Assembly: GCA_011109175.1 (NCBI GenBank)
Contig: RDEW01000069.1
Span: 40,184 to 104,183 of the forward strand
From: Dicyema japonicum
Taxonomy: Eukaryota; Animalia; Dicyemida
Reading direction: 5' to 3'
DNA: 64,000 nucleotides
A program made the position numbers and the translations under genes. The notes under the pieces were generated by a model. It saw only the letters and a program-made list of their open reading frames with translations. It did not search any database and was not told where the DNA came from. This document shows, in pieces, positions 1 to 12,867 of this stretch (positions are counted from its first letter, which is position 1; each line of letters starts with the position of its first letter).

Positions 1-200
1 GCGTGACCATTAGGAAACCCCGAAGCAATTCCAAGGCACGAGCGGCAGTGCCATACCCCAAGAGCACGGATAGAGGCCTGAGAGAGCTTCAAACACCCGA
101 TGTGAAAGAAGACTCCACAGGCAGAACAAGAAATTCCAAACTTTCTCAAATTGCTCATGTTGCAGGCAGAGCAATTAGACGATGACTTTTCGAGTAACAT
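1..200 (-). CDS. PHD-finger ORF, N-terminal part only (runs off the window start); host gene or 5' end of a retroelement
   Basis: ATG at 200; translates MLLEKSSSN-CSAC-NMSNLRKFGIS-CSAC-GVFF-HIGC-LKLSQASIRALGV-WHCRSC-LG, a C4-H-C3 PHD pattern with the W-x-C-x2-C end. Absent from the supplied ORF track because it is open at the window edge. Confidence 0.7.
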   Translation of the reverse strand, partial: MLLEKSSSNCSACNMSNLRKFGISCSACGVFFHIGCLKLSQASIRALGVWHCRSCLGIASGFPNGH

Positions 201-425
201 TCCACTGAATCAACAATAGGCGAAAATCAAGAATAGGAGAATAGTCTCAATCACAACACTCACCCACTGAATCATTTAATTAGATAATTTTGTATAAATA
301 TAATACTAAATAGTAGCAAATCAGTAAATAAACACTTAATTATATTTAAATATAATTAATTATTAATAATTTTTTAAAATATGAAATAAATATTTTTACT
401 ATCAAGTTCATATATCATCATTCTT

Positions 426-1060
426 ATGCGTCACTCTTTTATGGATATAATCATGTGGAAGAGTCCCATTTATTCAACCACCATTCTCACATTCGTTCTA
501 GGGGTCATCATTCCTTTTCAAATGAGCTTTTTTCTTCATTCATTCTCCAACCTTCTTCTTACCATTTTACTCCTCTCTATGGGAAGCAAAATCTACAATC
601 AGCTGACCTCCTCGACGAACCTCCCGGTCTGTCCAACCAACTCTCAGTTTTGTATTCCCTACTATTTCAGATATTTTGACGACTTAATTTTCTTTGTCGA
701 AAACTCCCTACAAGACTACTTTGCAGGATCCTACTCAAAGTTTGTAGAGGGAGTGAAAACCACGATGGGTCTCCTCTGTTTTGAAGATATATTTACATCT
801 CTCAGAGTGAGTTTGTCGTTAATTTGCAGTATGTGGCGATTCTTTGGGTGACCTCTTGTATTTTCCGTTACCTTTCTCTGCCAATAATATTGATCATCAG
901 TTTGTGTGTGTTTATAGTCTTAGTGATCATTTCCGTGATGACTGTGCCTTTCTTATGCGACAAATACAATATAGAAATGAGTGCCTGGAGGGTTTATGCC
1001 AGAACAGTAACCGATAAGGGAAGTGAGATTACCTGTAATATCTGCCAATTGATGTTCTGA
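426..1060 (+). CDS. Reticulon-like ER membrane protein
   Basis: DIIMWK start, two long hydrophobic segments, LL.FED..SL..V.ILW and TVP.L..KY motifs typical of the reticulon domain. Intron 807-829 (23 nt) joins the two ORFs; probable extra in-frame introns at 627-647 and 900-923. Confidence 0.8.
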
Positions 1061-2099
1061 TTGATTGTTATACATAGACGCAACAGAGTACCCTTTGTGG
1101 AACAGTTTTCAAAGAAGACTCAATAATTTAGTTAGTTGACTTAGCTTTGGTTTATCCTATTATTAATGTTAGGATTATTAATGACGATTGTTTGGCGTCA
1201 TTTACTCGATTTTCATTAAGTCATTTTAGCTTGGTGGTCAAGAATGTTTAGTGTTCTTACTATCTTTAATGTTGATTATAAGCAGGGGCGTGCAAAAGCT
1301 TTCTTCATTCCGAGGCGTGTGTATGATGCCCCTTATAACAAACTTATTCGTGACTAAATAAATTGTTACAATCATTCATGAAAATAAAAAAAAGTAAGAG
1401 TGAGGTGCATCACTATCTAATTTATTAAACAAAAAGTCACTTACTTTCACGTCCAATCGCTCCTTTGCTGTCTACAAACTCAGCCAAGCTCAACTAATAA
1501 AGCAAGAAAATTCTTCGCATTTTTTGGAAAAGTTCTGTTTTCACTTGGGAAAAGTGTAAGACAACTATTTTCTTGTAGAGAGAAGATAAGTTGTCGCCAG
1601 TGTCAAAATATTTGCAAAATTATGACATTGTCGTTTCAGCATTTTCAAATGTTCCTTGTTTTCAGCATCAAATGAAACCAGCTATACCAAGAATGATAAC
1701 TTATTAGAGAGTCTACGAACAAAGTAGCTTTCAGAAAGCTCGGCCTTCAGTCTGTTTGCGATTCATTTTCGTCTTCGCACTCTCTCGTTGTATAATTTTC
1801 TTTCTCCTGGATCTTGCCAAGGTTACACTCCACTTCTGAAAGTATTCTGATGCCGATCCAACTTGACTCTTAATGATGACTTAGATTTAAGGTCAATAAT
1901 TTTATTGAGCCCATGAAGGTAATCGCTTGTCTGAATTAAGTGAATCTTGTACTTTGTAAACGTTTTTTAATGTTCAAATGATATTAAGAGTATGATAGGA
2001 TTTACTAAATGCTTAAGCCATTATTAAAATTGTTAACATTAGTAACGAAAGAATATTTCAATATTTTAATAAAACAAATCCATAACGAGAAACAATCAA

Positions 2100-3898
2100 T
2101 TAATGACAAGGAGGTTCCTCCTTTGGTTCAGGAGCCAATTTAATATAATCATCAATCCTCAGTATAGTAATAGCTGCCTCTGTGGCCATCTTCAAACATT
2201 TAATCTTATTTATTGCAGGTTCTAACACTCCCGCCTGTTTGTTGTCCCTCACACAACCAGCATCCAAATCCAATCCATACCTACATTATACCAATTACAA
2301 CCAAGCCGGTAATCCCTTAGTTGCCGCCTCATAGTGGTAGGCCCTCAGTTTTCCAAGAAGATCAATAGCATCACAGCAAGCATTAGAGGCCAAAACTGAT
2401 GGAATAACGGTCATAGACTCAGCAAACATAGCCACAGCCTCTTGTTCTTCGGATGACTACACAATAAGATACATGACTACAATAGTGCTGGCAAAACTAT
2501 CAATATATACAGAAAGTGCGGCCTCTACACAACCTCCCCCTGCCACACATGTCTTAGACTCCATAATACGTTTAGTGACACACAGAGCATCATGTATTGA
2601 TCTCTCAATTTCATCACATCCAAAGTAATTTGGTCCTCTAATGATAATTGAGGATGCAGTCCTCGCCTTTGTCCCAGTAACCAAAATAAGTTCGTCATCC
2701 CCGACATACTGTTGTGATACCTGTCCAGCAAATCCCACAAAGGAAGACTCAAATGACTCCCCTCCGTCAGAAGACGTCAAATCCTCCACAAAAGTAGCTA
2801 CAATAAAGACAACTAAAACCCCCGGTTGCCTTGGCAATTCTTTTGACATCATCCTTGAGAACTCTTCTAACAGCCATAGCTCCCACACTAATAAATTGTT
2901 TCATGTAAATATCGTCGATTCCCCCAGTAGTGAAAAGCACCTTCACTCCAGTGTCCAATATCTTCTTTATCTTGTCACTAGTCAACGAAATTTCCCGCCT
3001 TCTTATCTCCTCCAACTTCTTTGGGTCTTCAACCAACACCTGCACTCCCAATTTAAGTTTAGATTTCATAAGACCAAACCCAATGCAGGCAATCTTAGCG
3101 TTGGTGATCACCTTTGGCATGTCTATCATGACAATCACAACACTCACCCACTGAAGCCACCTTACAGTTGATGGCATATCCGTTCACAAGGAAAGACTCT
3201 TTGGTGTTCTTCCCGTGGGCCTTCAGTATGTTCACAGCCTTTATGGGGACTCTCACCGCACCCGATCGCTCATATTTAACCTTTGCACAAGCATCCACAC
3301 ACATTGGGCCAAAAAAGTCAGAGTTTCTGCAAATAAAAACTTTATTATTACGGGCCAATGACTTTGCTGTTGAGAGCTGTTTTGGCGGCATTTATTAGAC
3401 AATTTCTATCGATATCACTCCCACTTATGATCATACGCTCTTCTATAAACTTGCAGGCCTCCTTGCAAGCCATTCTGTAACCCCTTATGATTGAAGTTGG
3501 GTGAACGCTTTGTTTTATCAATTTTTCTGAGTTTTTGAGGAGTTCAGCAGCAATTATTACCTTTAATGTTTAAATTGTGACTACCACGGACGTTGTGCCA
3601 TCTCCGACCTCTTCGTCTTGCAAATTAGCTAGTTGGACTAAAATTTGGGCGGCAGGATGTTCCACGTCCATCATACTAAGAATCGTGGCTCCATCATTGG
3701 TGATGGTAAAGTCCCCGACCTCATCGACGAGCATTTTGTCGAGTCCCATTGGGCCGAGACTGGATTTGAGAATGTTGGCGATTGCACATGTCGAATTCAC
3801 TATAATGAGTGATGTTAGTTACCATTGGCTGTTCTCACTGAAACTCCACTATTTCGTTCTCCGTTAATGAGTAAAGGGTTACCACCAACTGTATTCAT
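2100..3898 (-). CDS. TCP1: T-complex protein 1 subunit alpha (CCT1 chaperonin), 8 exons
   Basis: [77 protein letters not shown]. Seven GT-AG introns of 23, 24, 25, 25, 22, 24 and 21 nt restore a continuous frame from ATG 3898 to TAA 2100. Confidence 0.97.
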
Positions 3899-4479
3899 AC
3901 TGCTCACCAACTAAAGCGTGCTTTTTAATTAATTTTTAAATCAATAATATTAAATATTATTTTTTGTGTTATTTAATCATAAAATAAATTTCTATTGAGA
4001 CAGGGAGTTATCCAACTTAGCATTTTTGTGAGAAGGTTAAATACCAAAGAAGATTCTATAATGAAACGGTTTCTGTTGATTTCGCGATATTAAAGGCTAA
4101 TTGTAATATATTACGAGTCCATTGATATTTAATTAAACTTTTTATGTTTTTTTTATCAATTTTCTCTAGATTTAACAAATTTATGAATCGAATCACCATG
4201 GGTTTTCGTAACTAAGCAGCGTTATATTATGGTCAGCCGCCAATTGCCTAAATGTCTGAAAATTATTTACACTAATTATGAGAAGTATCTAGATAAAGAA
4301 TATTCTCGAATAAATTGTTAGGAGTATATATGGAAGAAATTATATTGTAAGCTAAGGAAAATAACTACTACAAACGACATTAGTTATTTTAATATATGTG
4401 TCTCTGAAATAACTACATGACACGCGTTTTTTAATTTTCGGATATTTTATCGCAGACCTACTTTGGTTGAGGTAGTGAC

Positions 4480-6145
4480 GTCCTTCTCTGGAACTATGTC
4501 TAATACACATCCTGGAGAACTCGTCCTAATGACATTCATTTTGAGAGGAATCGCGACCTTACTGCAAAGGACACAACTGAAGGAAGATCTCACTCGTTAT
4601 GAAGTATCTGTAGCCTACCTTCAGGAAACCAAAGTGAAAAGGAGACTTGATGAAGTCGTGGGAGCATACAGAGTCATACTGCTAGAACCGGAATCTAGAC
4701 AATATGGACGGGGATTCGCTATTCATCAACGTTATGTCAATACGATTTACAGATGATGGAGTGTAAGTGACAGGATCTCTGTCATTTAATTGAAGTTGAG
4801 CAAAATGCTGACTACTATTAGTAACGCATATGCCCAGACTATGGGCATAGCAATGAGATATCCAGATGAAGCTGAAAACTTCTACACGGAACTCGCGTTG
4901 ACAATAAACAATATTTGTGCTTCCCCCTTCGTTTTTCTTGCTGGTGACTGGAACGCAAAAGTTGAAACACGTAATACGGACGAAAACTTTATTGGAATCC
5001 ATAGTAGAGGGAAGAGAAAGTCTAATGGTACTGCACTCGCAGGATTCTACTGTGCATTTGACCTCTTTCTGTGCAACACGGCGTTCAAACACCCCGCAAG
5101 GCACATGACGACATGAGTCGCACAGAGAAAAAATCTGGATAGTGAGATAGTCCCGATTTACAATCAAATTGATTATATACTGTGTAAGCGTGAATTCAAG
5201 TGCATGCTTATGGACTCGCGATCTTATGGAGGCACTATTCTACTGAGTGATCACAAAGCGGTCATATCTCGCTTTAAACTACGAAGAAGCCAAGGAGTAA
5301 TCAAGAAAAAACAAATACAACTCTAGAAGATTGTCGGTAGATAGTCTGAACACAAATATCGCCACCCGCAAGAGATTCGCTGACAAAGTGGACGTCTTCG
5401 TCGCAAAAATGGACATAAGAGGCCCACCAAATCAGCGGTGGGCTGAAATATCCAATTGACTTGGAAATATTGCCTGCCCACTATTGAAGGATGTCTCAAG
5501 AAGGTCACAATCGGTTCGTCTATTCGATAAACAGACAGACTTGCTATCGAGAACACAAAAAATTTGAGACTCCGGGCTGAGAATACATAATGTCCAAAAA
5601 AGAAAGCATTATTAAAAGAAAAAAAGGAACTTTATTCTACAGAACATTTTGGGCCGAAAATGTTCAGAGCAATCCGGTTTTTAAACAGAGTGAATAAACC
5701 TAAAGGATTGATTGTAAATGACAAGAGTGGAAGACGAATAATAGACAAAAAAGAACTTGCGGAGAATATTGCTGATTATTTTGAATCGCTTTTCAGGAGT
5801 GACGACGAACGCATAACTCAATTTGTCGGACACTACCTGCAAATCCGAAAGCTTAGGGACCACTGTAACGAAAACTCGATGGGGATTATTTGGGCATATA
5901 CTTAGGATTGATCCTGCTGCTCCTGCAAATGATATCATGGAACTATACTTCCTAAGCACTGGTTCAGTTCGGGGCAGACCACGGACAACACTTTCTCTGA
6001 CCTTAAATAATGACCTAAAAATGCAAAATGCGACTGGAAAACCTTGATGACTTTGACGACCTTCGAAAAATCGCACTCTCAAGAGGAGCGTGGAGGCGTC
6101 TGACGGCAAGAATTATCCGGGATGCGGCACAATCGACGTCAATTA
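4480..6145 (+). mobile_element. RTE-clade non-LTR retrotransposon, decayed, with large internal deletion of RT
   Basis: APE motifs LQETK, AGDWNAKV, LCNTAFKH, NQIDYIL, SDH; C-terminal RWGLFGHILR and RGRPRTT; stops and frameshifts. Confidence 0.88.
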
Positions 6146-6149
6146 ACTA

Positions 6150-8160
6150 TGTTGTTGTTGCGAATGTGAACCTAATCAACTACGTGCATAAAGTATGGAC
6201 AGTCAATGATCGTGTGGCTGTTGTGCAATTCCGTTTATCGCCCACGAACAATACTATAATGACTGTTATCAACGTATATGCACATGGGCAGAGTTTAGAA
6301 AAATATGGACGAATTGGACGAGTTTTACAAAATCCTGTTGAAAACACATATACAAGTTCATAAATCTACACTAACGTTCATATGTGGTGATTGGAATGCT
6401 ATAGCAGGCATGAGAAGGATAAAGAAGTCTGTATGGGAAAACATGGCAGAGGATATTGAAATCTCTCTGGACACTCTCGTTAATTTTTGTAATTCGTCAA
6501 ATCTGTATCTATGCAATGCCACGTTTGACACCCTGCAAAACACAAAACCACCTGGGTTGGCACAAGAAGGTCCAAAGACGGCGACAATACGTATATTTAT
6601 AACCAAATAGATTGTATTTTCTGCACAATCTCTGTAAAGAGACTGTTGTCGGACTCAAGGAGTTATGGAGGAACTATAACTGACAGTGACCATAAATTAA
6701 CAGTTTCCAGATTAAATCTAACTTCGGAATTGAAGCAGTAAAGAGGAAAAGTACCTCTCTAAATAGACGTTTGACTGTGGAATTGTTGACTTTTGACACT
6801 TGGCAAAAGAGATACCAACAAAATGTCTCTAACCGATTGTGGGGTGTTGAAACCAGTAGCACCCCCTCGACTGACCTTGGGAAGATATTGGAAATCTGAA
6901 AACTGTCGGCGACAGAGACTATACCAGGGAAAAGACCGGAATAGACGTATTATTCATGACCCTCGTAATAAGAGAATTGTCGGAACAGCAGAAGGAAATA
7001 AAAGCAAACCATATTGCCAAACACTTCAAGGCAAAGTTTAATTCAGTTGGGGTGAATATACCTAAATTTATTGGAAATTCAAGACCTCTTACAAACAAAA
7101 TTACACAAAGGAAGTTCAAATGTATTCATACACCTATAAGGCAATCGTTCAGCTGGCTATGATGGCATCCCGGGCGAGTTACTAAAATATGCTCCGGTTA
7201 TTGTTGGGAATATAATCACGGATATATTAAACGAGTCGATGGAACATCACTGTTCACTTTTATTAGGACATGGAGTCTTATTTCCGATGCACAAAGCAGG
7301 GGAAAAAGATGGATCGCTGGATGGATTAAGGCCTATTATTCTACTGTCATTGCGGGGTGTTAAAACCAGTAACACTCCCTCGAAGGAAGACATTATCGAT
7401 CATAGTGCTTAACCGTATACGAGAGCCAGTGGAAAAATACTCTTCCCAAAGTCAAAGTTGGTTTAGAATAAGTCTATTACTTTCTGAAACTGATCTATCT
7501 GTGAGAATAGGAACTAAGCATTCAGAGAGTTTCCGCACCAACATGAGAACCACACAAGGTGATTCCTTTTCCCCAATTCTATTCATCATATACCTCGAAG
7601 CTGCCCTCAGGGAGCTGAGAAACGAAATGGGTTCTAAATACAAAGATATAATTGAATTGTTATACACGGATAATGTAGACTTGTATGTACTGACCAGAAA
7701 AGCCCACTTGACCAAATTTTAGTCCCAGCCGAAATTATTTTAAATAAGTTAGATCAGCGCATTAATATTACAAAAACGGACTACACACGAATCGAACGAG
7801 CCAAGTCAAGAAATGACGAACTCTGGAGGCATACAAAAAACTCGGCTCACTACTAGGTGACGCCAAGTTTTTTTGACGAAGAAAAATGCTGGCCACCATA
7901 TTCTTCAAAAAATGTACAACATCTTGATTAGAAAAAGACGTATTTCATTTAAAATTCGTGTCAGATTATACGACACGTTAATACTGATATTCAATTCCGG
8001 AACATCGGGAACCTCTAAAAACGATTTAGAGGCTAGACACTTTCCACAGAAGCCAACTGCTGACTGGAATCTTCTGGCCGAGAAAAATCTCAAACGGGAA
8101 ACTACATGCTCTATGTAAATCTACACCAATTAGCATGGACGTTATTCTTTACTTACTTAC
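6150..8160 (+). mobile_element. Second RTE-clade LINE fragment, decayed
   Basis: APE remnants (NDRVAV, INVYA, ICGDWNA, NQIDCIF), DGIPGELLKY, RT motifs TTQGDSFSPILFIIYLE and degenerate YTDN; ends near a (TTAC)n run at about 8150. Confidence 0.85.
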
Positions 8161-8689
8161 TTTGGAATAAATTTGATTTGATTTTGATTCATAGAATTAC
8201 AGATGACTTTTTAAGTGGATTAGGAAAAATTGTTAACTAAGATCAATGTACAAAAAAATCTAAATTTTAAGCTTGAAAAATGATTCTATTCTGTATTTTA
8301 AGACATAATAATTTTTTTCACATTCTCTCAGTCATATTTTCTGGAAAAACCATTGAAATTTTGATTAAGACATACCTCCCCAGTCTCCCATATTATTGGT
8401 CTCTCTAATAACAAATTTGTTGCATCTTTACGAGGCAAAACTTACTTATTTGTGTGTTAATTTTGATTGGTCAGTCACTTAAAGACATCCGTTGTAAGAG
8501 AATAAGAACTTAATCATTACTTACAAAACATGTTGATAACTCTTAAAATTCGAATGCGAGGGAGTTTGCTTTAGTCATCTAATCCAATACAGATTAATAT
8601 TTATATGGCCTTTTACCGTTCTATTTCCATATTGTGGATGGAACGAGTAATACTGTATTCTAACAAACCGTGCCTCCAATTTACTGAGA

Positions 8690-9125
8690 GCCTTTAATTT
8701 AAATCATTAGTCCAATTTTTCCCAAATAGAAAATATTTTCAATTGGATTCAGTATGGTGGTAAATAGACAAAATGTTTTGATTAACATTTAAGGCAATAA
8801 TGATGTATTTTGGAGATATCAACTATGAAACTTCCTTTTATTGTACATTGATCTTTACAATTCATCGTGATATGTTTTAATATTCTCTTCATTTAAAGTC
8901 GATTTAAAATTTTCTAAAAATCATATTTGTTACTGGCAATAGTCGAAAAACATGGCACAATAAGCAATGTTTCCTGGTAACACGGATGTGCTTTAACTAA
9001 CTGGCAACACAGAAATGTCTTATCCACAAGCAGCAACAACGTGAAAAATATCTCTGATCATGATAGGCCCATTTACAACTGAAAAACCCAGCTTAATCCG
9101 GAAATATAAAAGTTTTCGAATTTTG
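8690..9125 (-). pseudogene. IS630/Tc1-like DDE transposase remnant
   Basis: Minus-strand pieces D*AGF (DEAGF), IVDISKIHH, YLPPY and LNPIEN match the DDE_3 catalytic signature; interrupted by stops and frameshifts. Confidence 0.6.
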
Positions 9126-9430
9126 TTAGACAGATCTGGTCATTTCAATTGAATTATTGAATGAATGACTGTTTTATAATTAAAATCTAAAAACTTGGTT
9201 TTTATTGAAATTCCGTCCAAAATTTTTCATATTTCGACTTCTTACAATGGTTGCATAGTTAATGTTTATCCGCAAAAAACTGATAGCTGTCCTGAAGAAG
9301 ACAATACAAAGCCTCGGATCTTTATTGTTTCCACTGACCAATCACTAAGCGAATTCAACAACGTCAATAAAATTAAAAATATTAAATCAATTACAAAAAA
9401 TAAAGTTGATTATTAATCAATAATTCTGAT

Positions 9431-9605
9431 ATTGATAGGGAAGCTCTCATCTGTCGTTTATTCAGGAAATCCGTGGGTACTCTGGAGGAACACAGGAAAA
9501 ACCTCTCGATCCTGTTGAGGCGTACCGGGATCACTTAATTAGTTGGATTACTCCTTCTTTCTTGGTGTTCCCTTTTCGGGGTTATTAAATAATAATAATA
9601 ATAAT
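9431..9605 (+). mobile_element. 3' end of I/Jockey-group-like LINE (5'-truncated)
   Basis: Encodes ...TGIT*, followed by TTGGTGTTCCCTTTTCGGGGTT and a (TAA)n tail at 9586-9604. Confidence 0.75.
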
Positions 9606-9750
9606 CTGTCAATTGGAACTGGATCTTTTTGAAAAAAACTTTTTGGTATGCATGGTCTGTGTTGACGGTTGGTCCATAATGAGAAGTCTGACCGAACCTA
9701 CGATTAGACAAAATCTATTCCAAGACAATACAAAGCCTCGGATCTCTATA

Positions 9751-11571
9751 GTTTATTATTATTGTAACCCCGAAAAACTGGAAAGAGGAAAAAGTTATCA
9801 TCTAATTAAGTGATCCCGGTGTCAGTGCGTCCTCCTTTGTTTCGACTTTGCCTGCAATTTTTTACGATCATCCAAAAGGGGGAAGGTTTGATCTCAAATT
9901 TGGAAGCATACTTCTGGTAGGCAAGAAACTCATCTTCAATGGGGTTACCAGAAAATCGCACCATTTTCAAAAAATTTTGTTGTTCGTCACCGAGATGTTC
10001 CATAACTTTATTGGGATCTAATGTGTTCCTCATTTGTGACGTAGGCGTCATTCTGTCACATTTAAGAAGGATCCGGAGGCATTGGTTTTGTATGACTTGA
10101 GGAGGGTGTAGGCCCTACATGCATGTTCTATTGTGGGTAGAATATACTGTTTGTATAATAATTTGAGATGAGAAAGTGAAGATATTGGATATCTAGCAAA
10201 GGTCTTGAGGATTTTGAACTTTTGAAATTATTGTGTCCACATGATGTGTGAACGTCATCAACGGGTCATATGTAACTCCAAGGATTGATGCGTTCTTATT
10301 AACTGGGATAATCTTTCCATTCCAAGTTAATTTAGAATCGAAGGATGTATGTTTCCTGTAGGAGGAGATAATCGCAGTGCTCGACTTCCCAGGGGATATT
10401 TTGGTTTTTGAAGAACTATGAGTTTATAATGTTGAGGGTCTCCTGAACATTTCGCTTAGCTTCTTTATGGTCTTGGTGTTTTGCTGCGACAATGAGATTG
10501 TCGGCATAAGACAGAAGAATGGTATTTTAAATGTTTGGATTTGGAAGGTCTCTTGTAAATAAAATGAACAAGGTTAATGATGAAGGGGATCCTTGAGGGA
10601 CCCCGTTGGGGAGGTATCGTTGGCCTTTTCTACCATTAATGTAATTGGCCAGCCACATCTGGATTTTCGGTGTCAAAAATTTTTGTTGTTAGAGTCTTCC
10701 TCGATACGAATCAAACACCTTCTCGATATCCAGAGCGACAAGTACCGCTCTTTTATGTGGTTTTTGGTAGTTCAGTCCATCCGAGTGAACTGAGTTAGTT
10801 TTGTTAAATGTGTTAAAGTTGAGTATCCCGATCTGAAGCCATATTGGAAACTTGCAAGATCAAGCGAATGAGTAATCTTGTGGAGGATTAATTTTTCCAA
10901 TGTTTCTGAGAAGTCACAAAGAATCGATATTGGACGATAACTCCGGGAGTTGTCTAAAGCTTTGTTCTTTTAATGGATGTATAAGTGATTTTTTCCATAA
11001 TGAGGGAATTTCATTTCTAATCACTGAGTAATTGAAAATCTCAGTAAGGGCATCGATTGCTATTGGAATACTTCAATTCAGTTATTGAAATGTCATCCGC
11101 CCCTTTGGATTTTGTATTTTCCTGTATTTAATTGCATGAAATACCTCCAGTGGTTTGAAATATTCGATGTATGGATATTTTTTCTTCTTGTGTTTCGGAT
11201 GATGATTCAGTTTCTAATATGGTTTGTGGCTTAAACTGACATAAAATTTCATAATTGTGTCAGGATTAATACCTGGTGTATGTTGTATTGGAATCTTTTT
11301 GAGTTTCCGTAGTGTTCTCCATAAGGATGATGTCGTTGTGTGTCTGTTTACAGACATCAAATCAGCCTCCCATTTTTTCAAATTCCATTTATGTTGATTT
11401 GGGCAATAATCATTGGAGGTCCTGGATTCGGTTTGACATCGCTGGAAATAAGTAGTAATGCACGATCCACGTCTCAATGAAGAAGGGATAGGGATTTTGC
11501 GGCTCTTTTTCACATAAATTGTGCAATGCCACCACATCGTAGGTGAGCCATGCAACATTTTTTTTGGATGT
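9751..11571 (-). mobile_element. I/Jockey-group-like LINE, RT portion, decayed
   Basis: Linker SSLWRTLRKLK, RT motifs GVPQGSP and SYADN, C-terminus GRTDTGIT*, (TAA)n tail at about 9752-9765; possible degraded target-site duplication GGATCTCTATAG / GGATATCTATTA. Confidence 0.82.
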
Positions 11572-11731
11572 TGGATATCTATTATTTCCACTGACAGCAG
11601 ATCCAACAACGTCAATAAAATTAAAAATGTTAAATCAATTACAAAAATAAAGTTGATCAATAATTCTGATTTACTGATTAGACAAACTCTATTCTAATCT
11701 AGTATCACTAACAATTCAATTTACGCGCGTT

Positions 11732-12043
11732 CAAGATTGTACACCTACTCTGATATCTGAATATTTTATTTTGCGTAACTACAATAAAGATATAACAACC
11801 ATAAAAAAGATAGCCTTTCCGACGATACCCTCTATGAAAGCTCAGAATTCTGAGATACTCTTCTCTTTGCCTTCAAGGAATCGTTAGCAAGATTGTACAC
11901 CTACTCTGATATCTGAATATTTTATTTTGCGTAACTACAATAAAGATATAACAACCATAAAAAAGATAGCCTTTCCGACGATACCCTCTATGAAAGCTCA
12001 GAATTCTGAGATACTCTTCTCTTTGCCTTCAAGGAATCGTTAG
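11732..12043. repeat. Exact tandem duplication, period 156 nt
   Basis: CAAGATTGTACACC starts at 11732 and again at 11888; the copies read identical. Confidence 0.9.
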
Positions 12044-12289
12044 CCATCACTCTTTTGGATGCGAGGAGTGGCTTTCAGGGATAGTTTTTTGTGTGTGGTG
12101 GGTAATACAATTGCTACAAAACAAATCCAATCTTAAAGAAGAAATGGAGAATACCGAAATGTCACTTGTTAGACTTGGTCAGATGTCTAGCACCCTCAGC
12201 CAGCTTTGTAACCTGTTGTGTCAAAGCGGAGAAGAAATTATTTGAAGCAACGTGCGATTATGGAAGATGATCCGTTGTGACTGGTCAAG

Positions 12290-12560
12290 TTACCTAATTT
12301 TTGATGTTATAACTGTCAATCCTTCGGGTATGTTGTCCAGCATTGCAGACTGAAAGAAGATGCCTCTGAAGTGTTGGACTACATTACTTGAAGGACTGCA
12401 TGCAGAATAATTAGAGTATACAACTTTGGCACTTATGGATATGGTATGGGCTACGGTGGTTGCCATGGATTCTATAAAGGAAACGGACGGCAGAATTAGC
12501 TAAAGGAAACTGAAAGGGCCTGGAAGAAAAGCGAATGGAATGCTGCTCCCCAGAATTCTC
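12290..12560 (+). pseudogene. Degenerate gag-like zinc-knuckle (LINE ORF1-type) remnant
   Basis: CYNCQSFGYVVQHC at 12305-12346 fits CX2CX4(H>Y)X4C; surrounding frame is broken. Confidence 0.4.
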
Positions 12561-12867
12561 CTTAGAATACCAAGATTTACTTAATTATGGAGTATACATG
12601 TGTTGTTTGCAAGACCTAATCAGACAGTATGAGTAAATAAGACATAATATTAATAGAATCTGATTCCTCTCACTTTGGGATTAGTTTTTCTCCCCACAAG
12701 AGTATACGACCAAGTGTGAGCACGACATGGACAGTAAACAATCGAGTTTCATTGATGGGGGAAGGATTTAACAAAAACTATTAATTTGTATAAACACAGC
12801 ACAGGTAGATAAGCAGATCTACATGACAGCATAATTGGAATATTAATAAGTATTGTTTGGTAGTGCT

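Noticed and set aside
1284-1333. 8-nt inverted repeat AGGGGCGT / ATGCCCCT resembling a tiny hAT-type MITE
   Set aside because: Too short, single copy in the window, and no clean target-site duplication.
2457-3867. Plus-strand ORFs over TCP1 and similar antisense ORFs over TEs, AFG3L2 and WDR7
   Set aside because: Shadows of real coding sequence on the opposite strand or in alternative frames, with no independent motifs.
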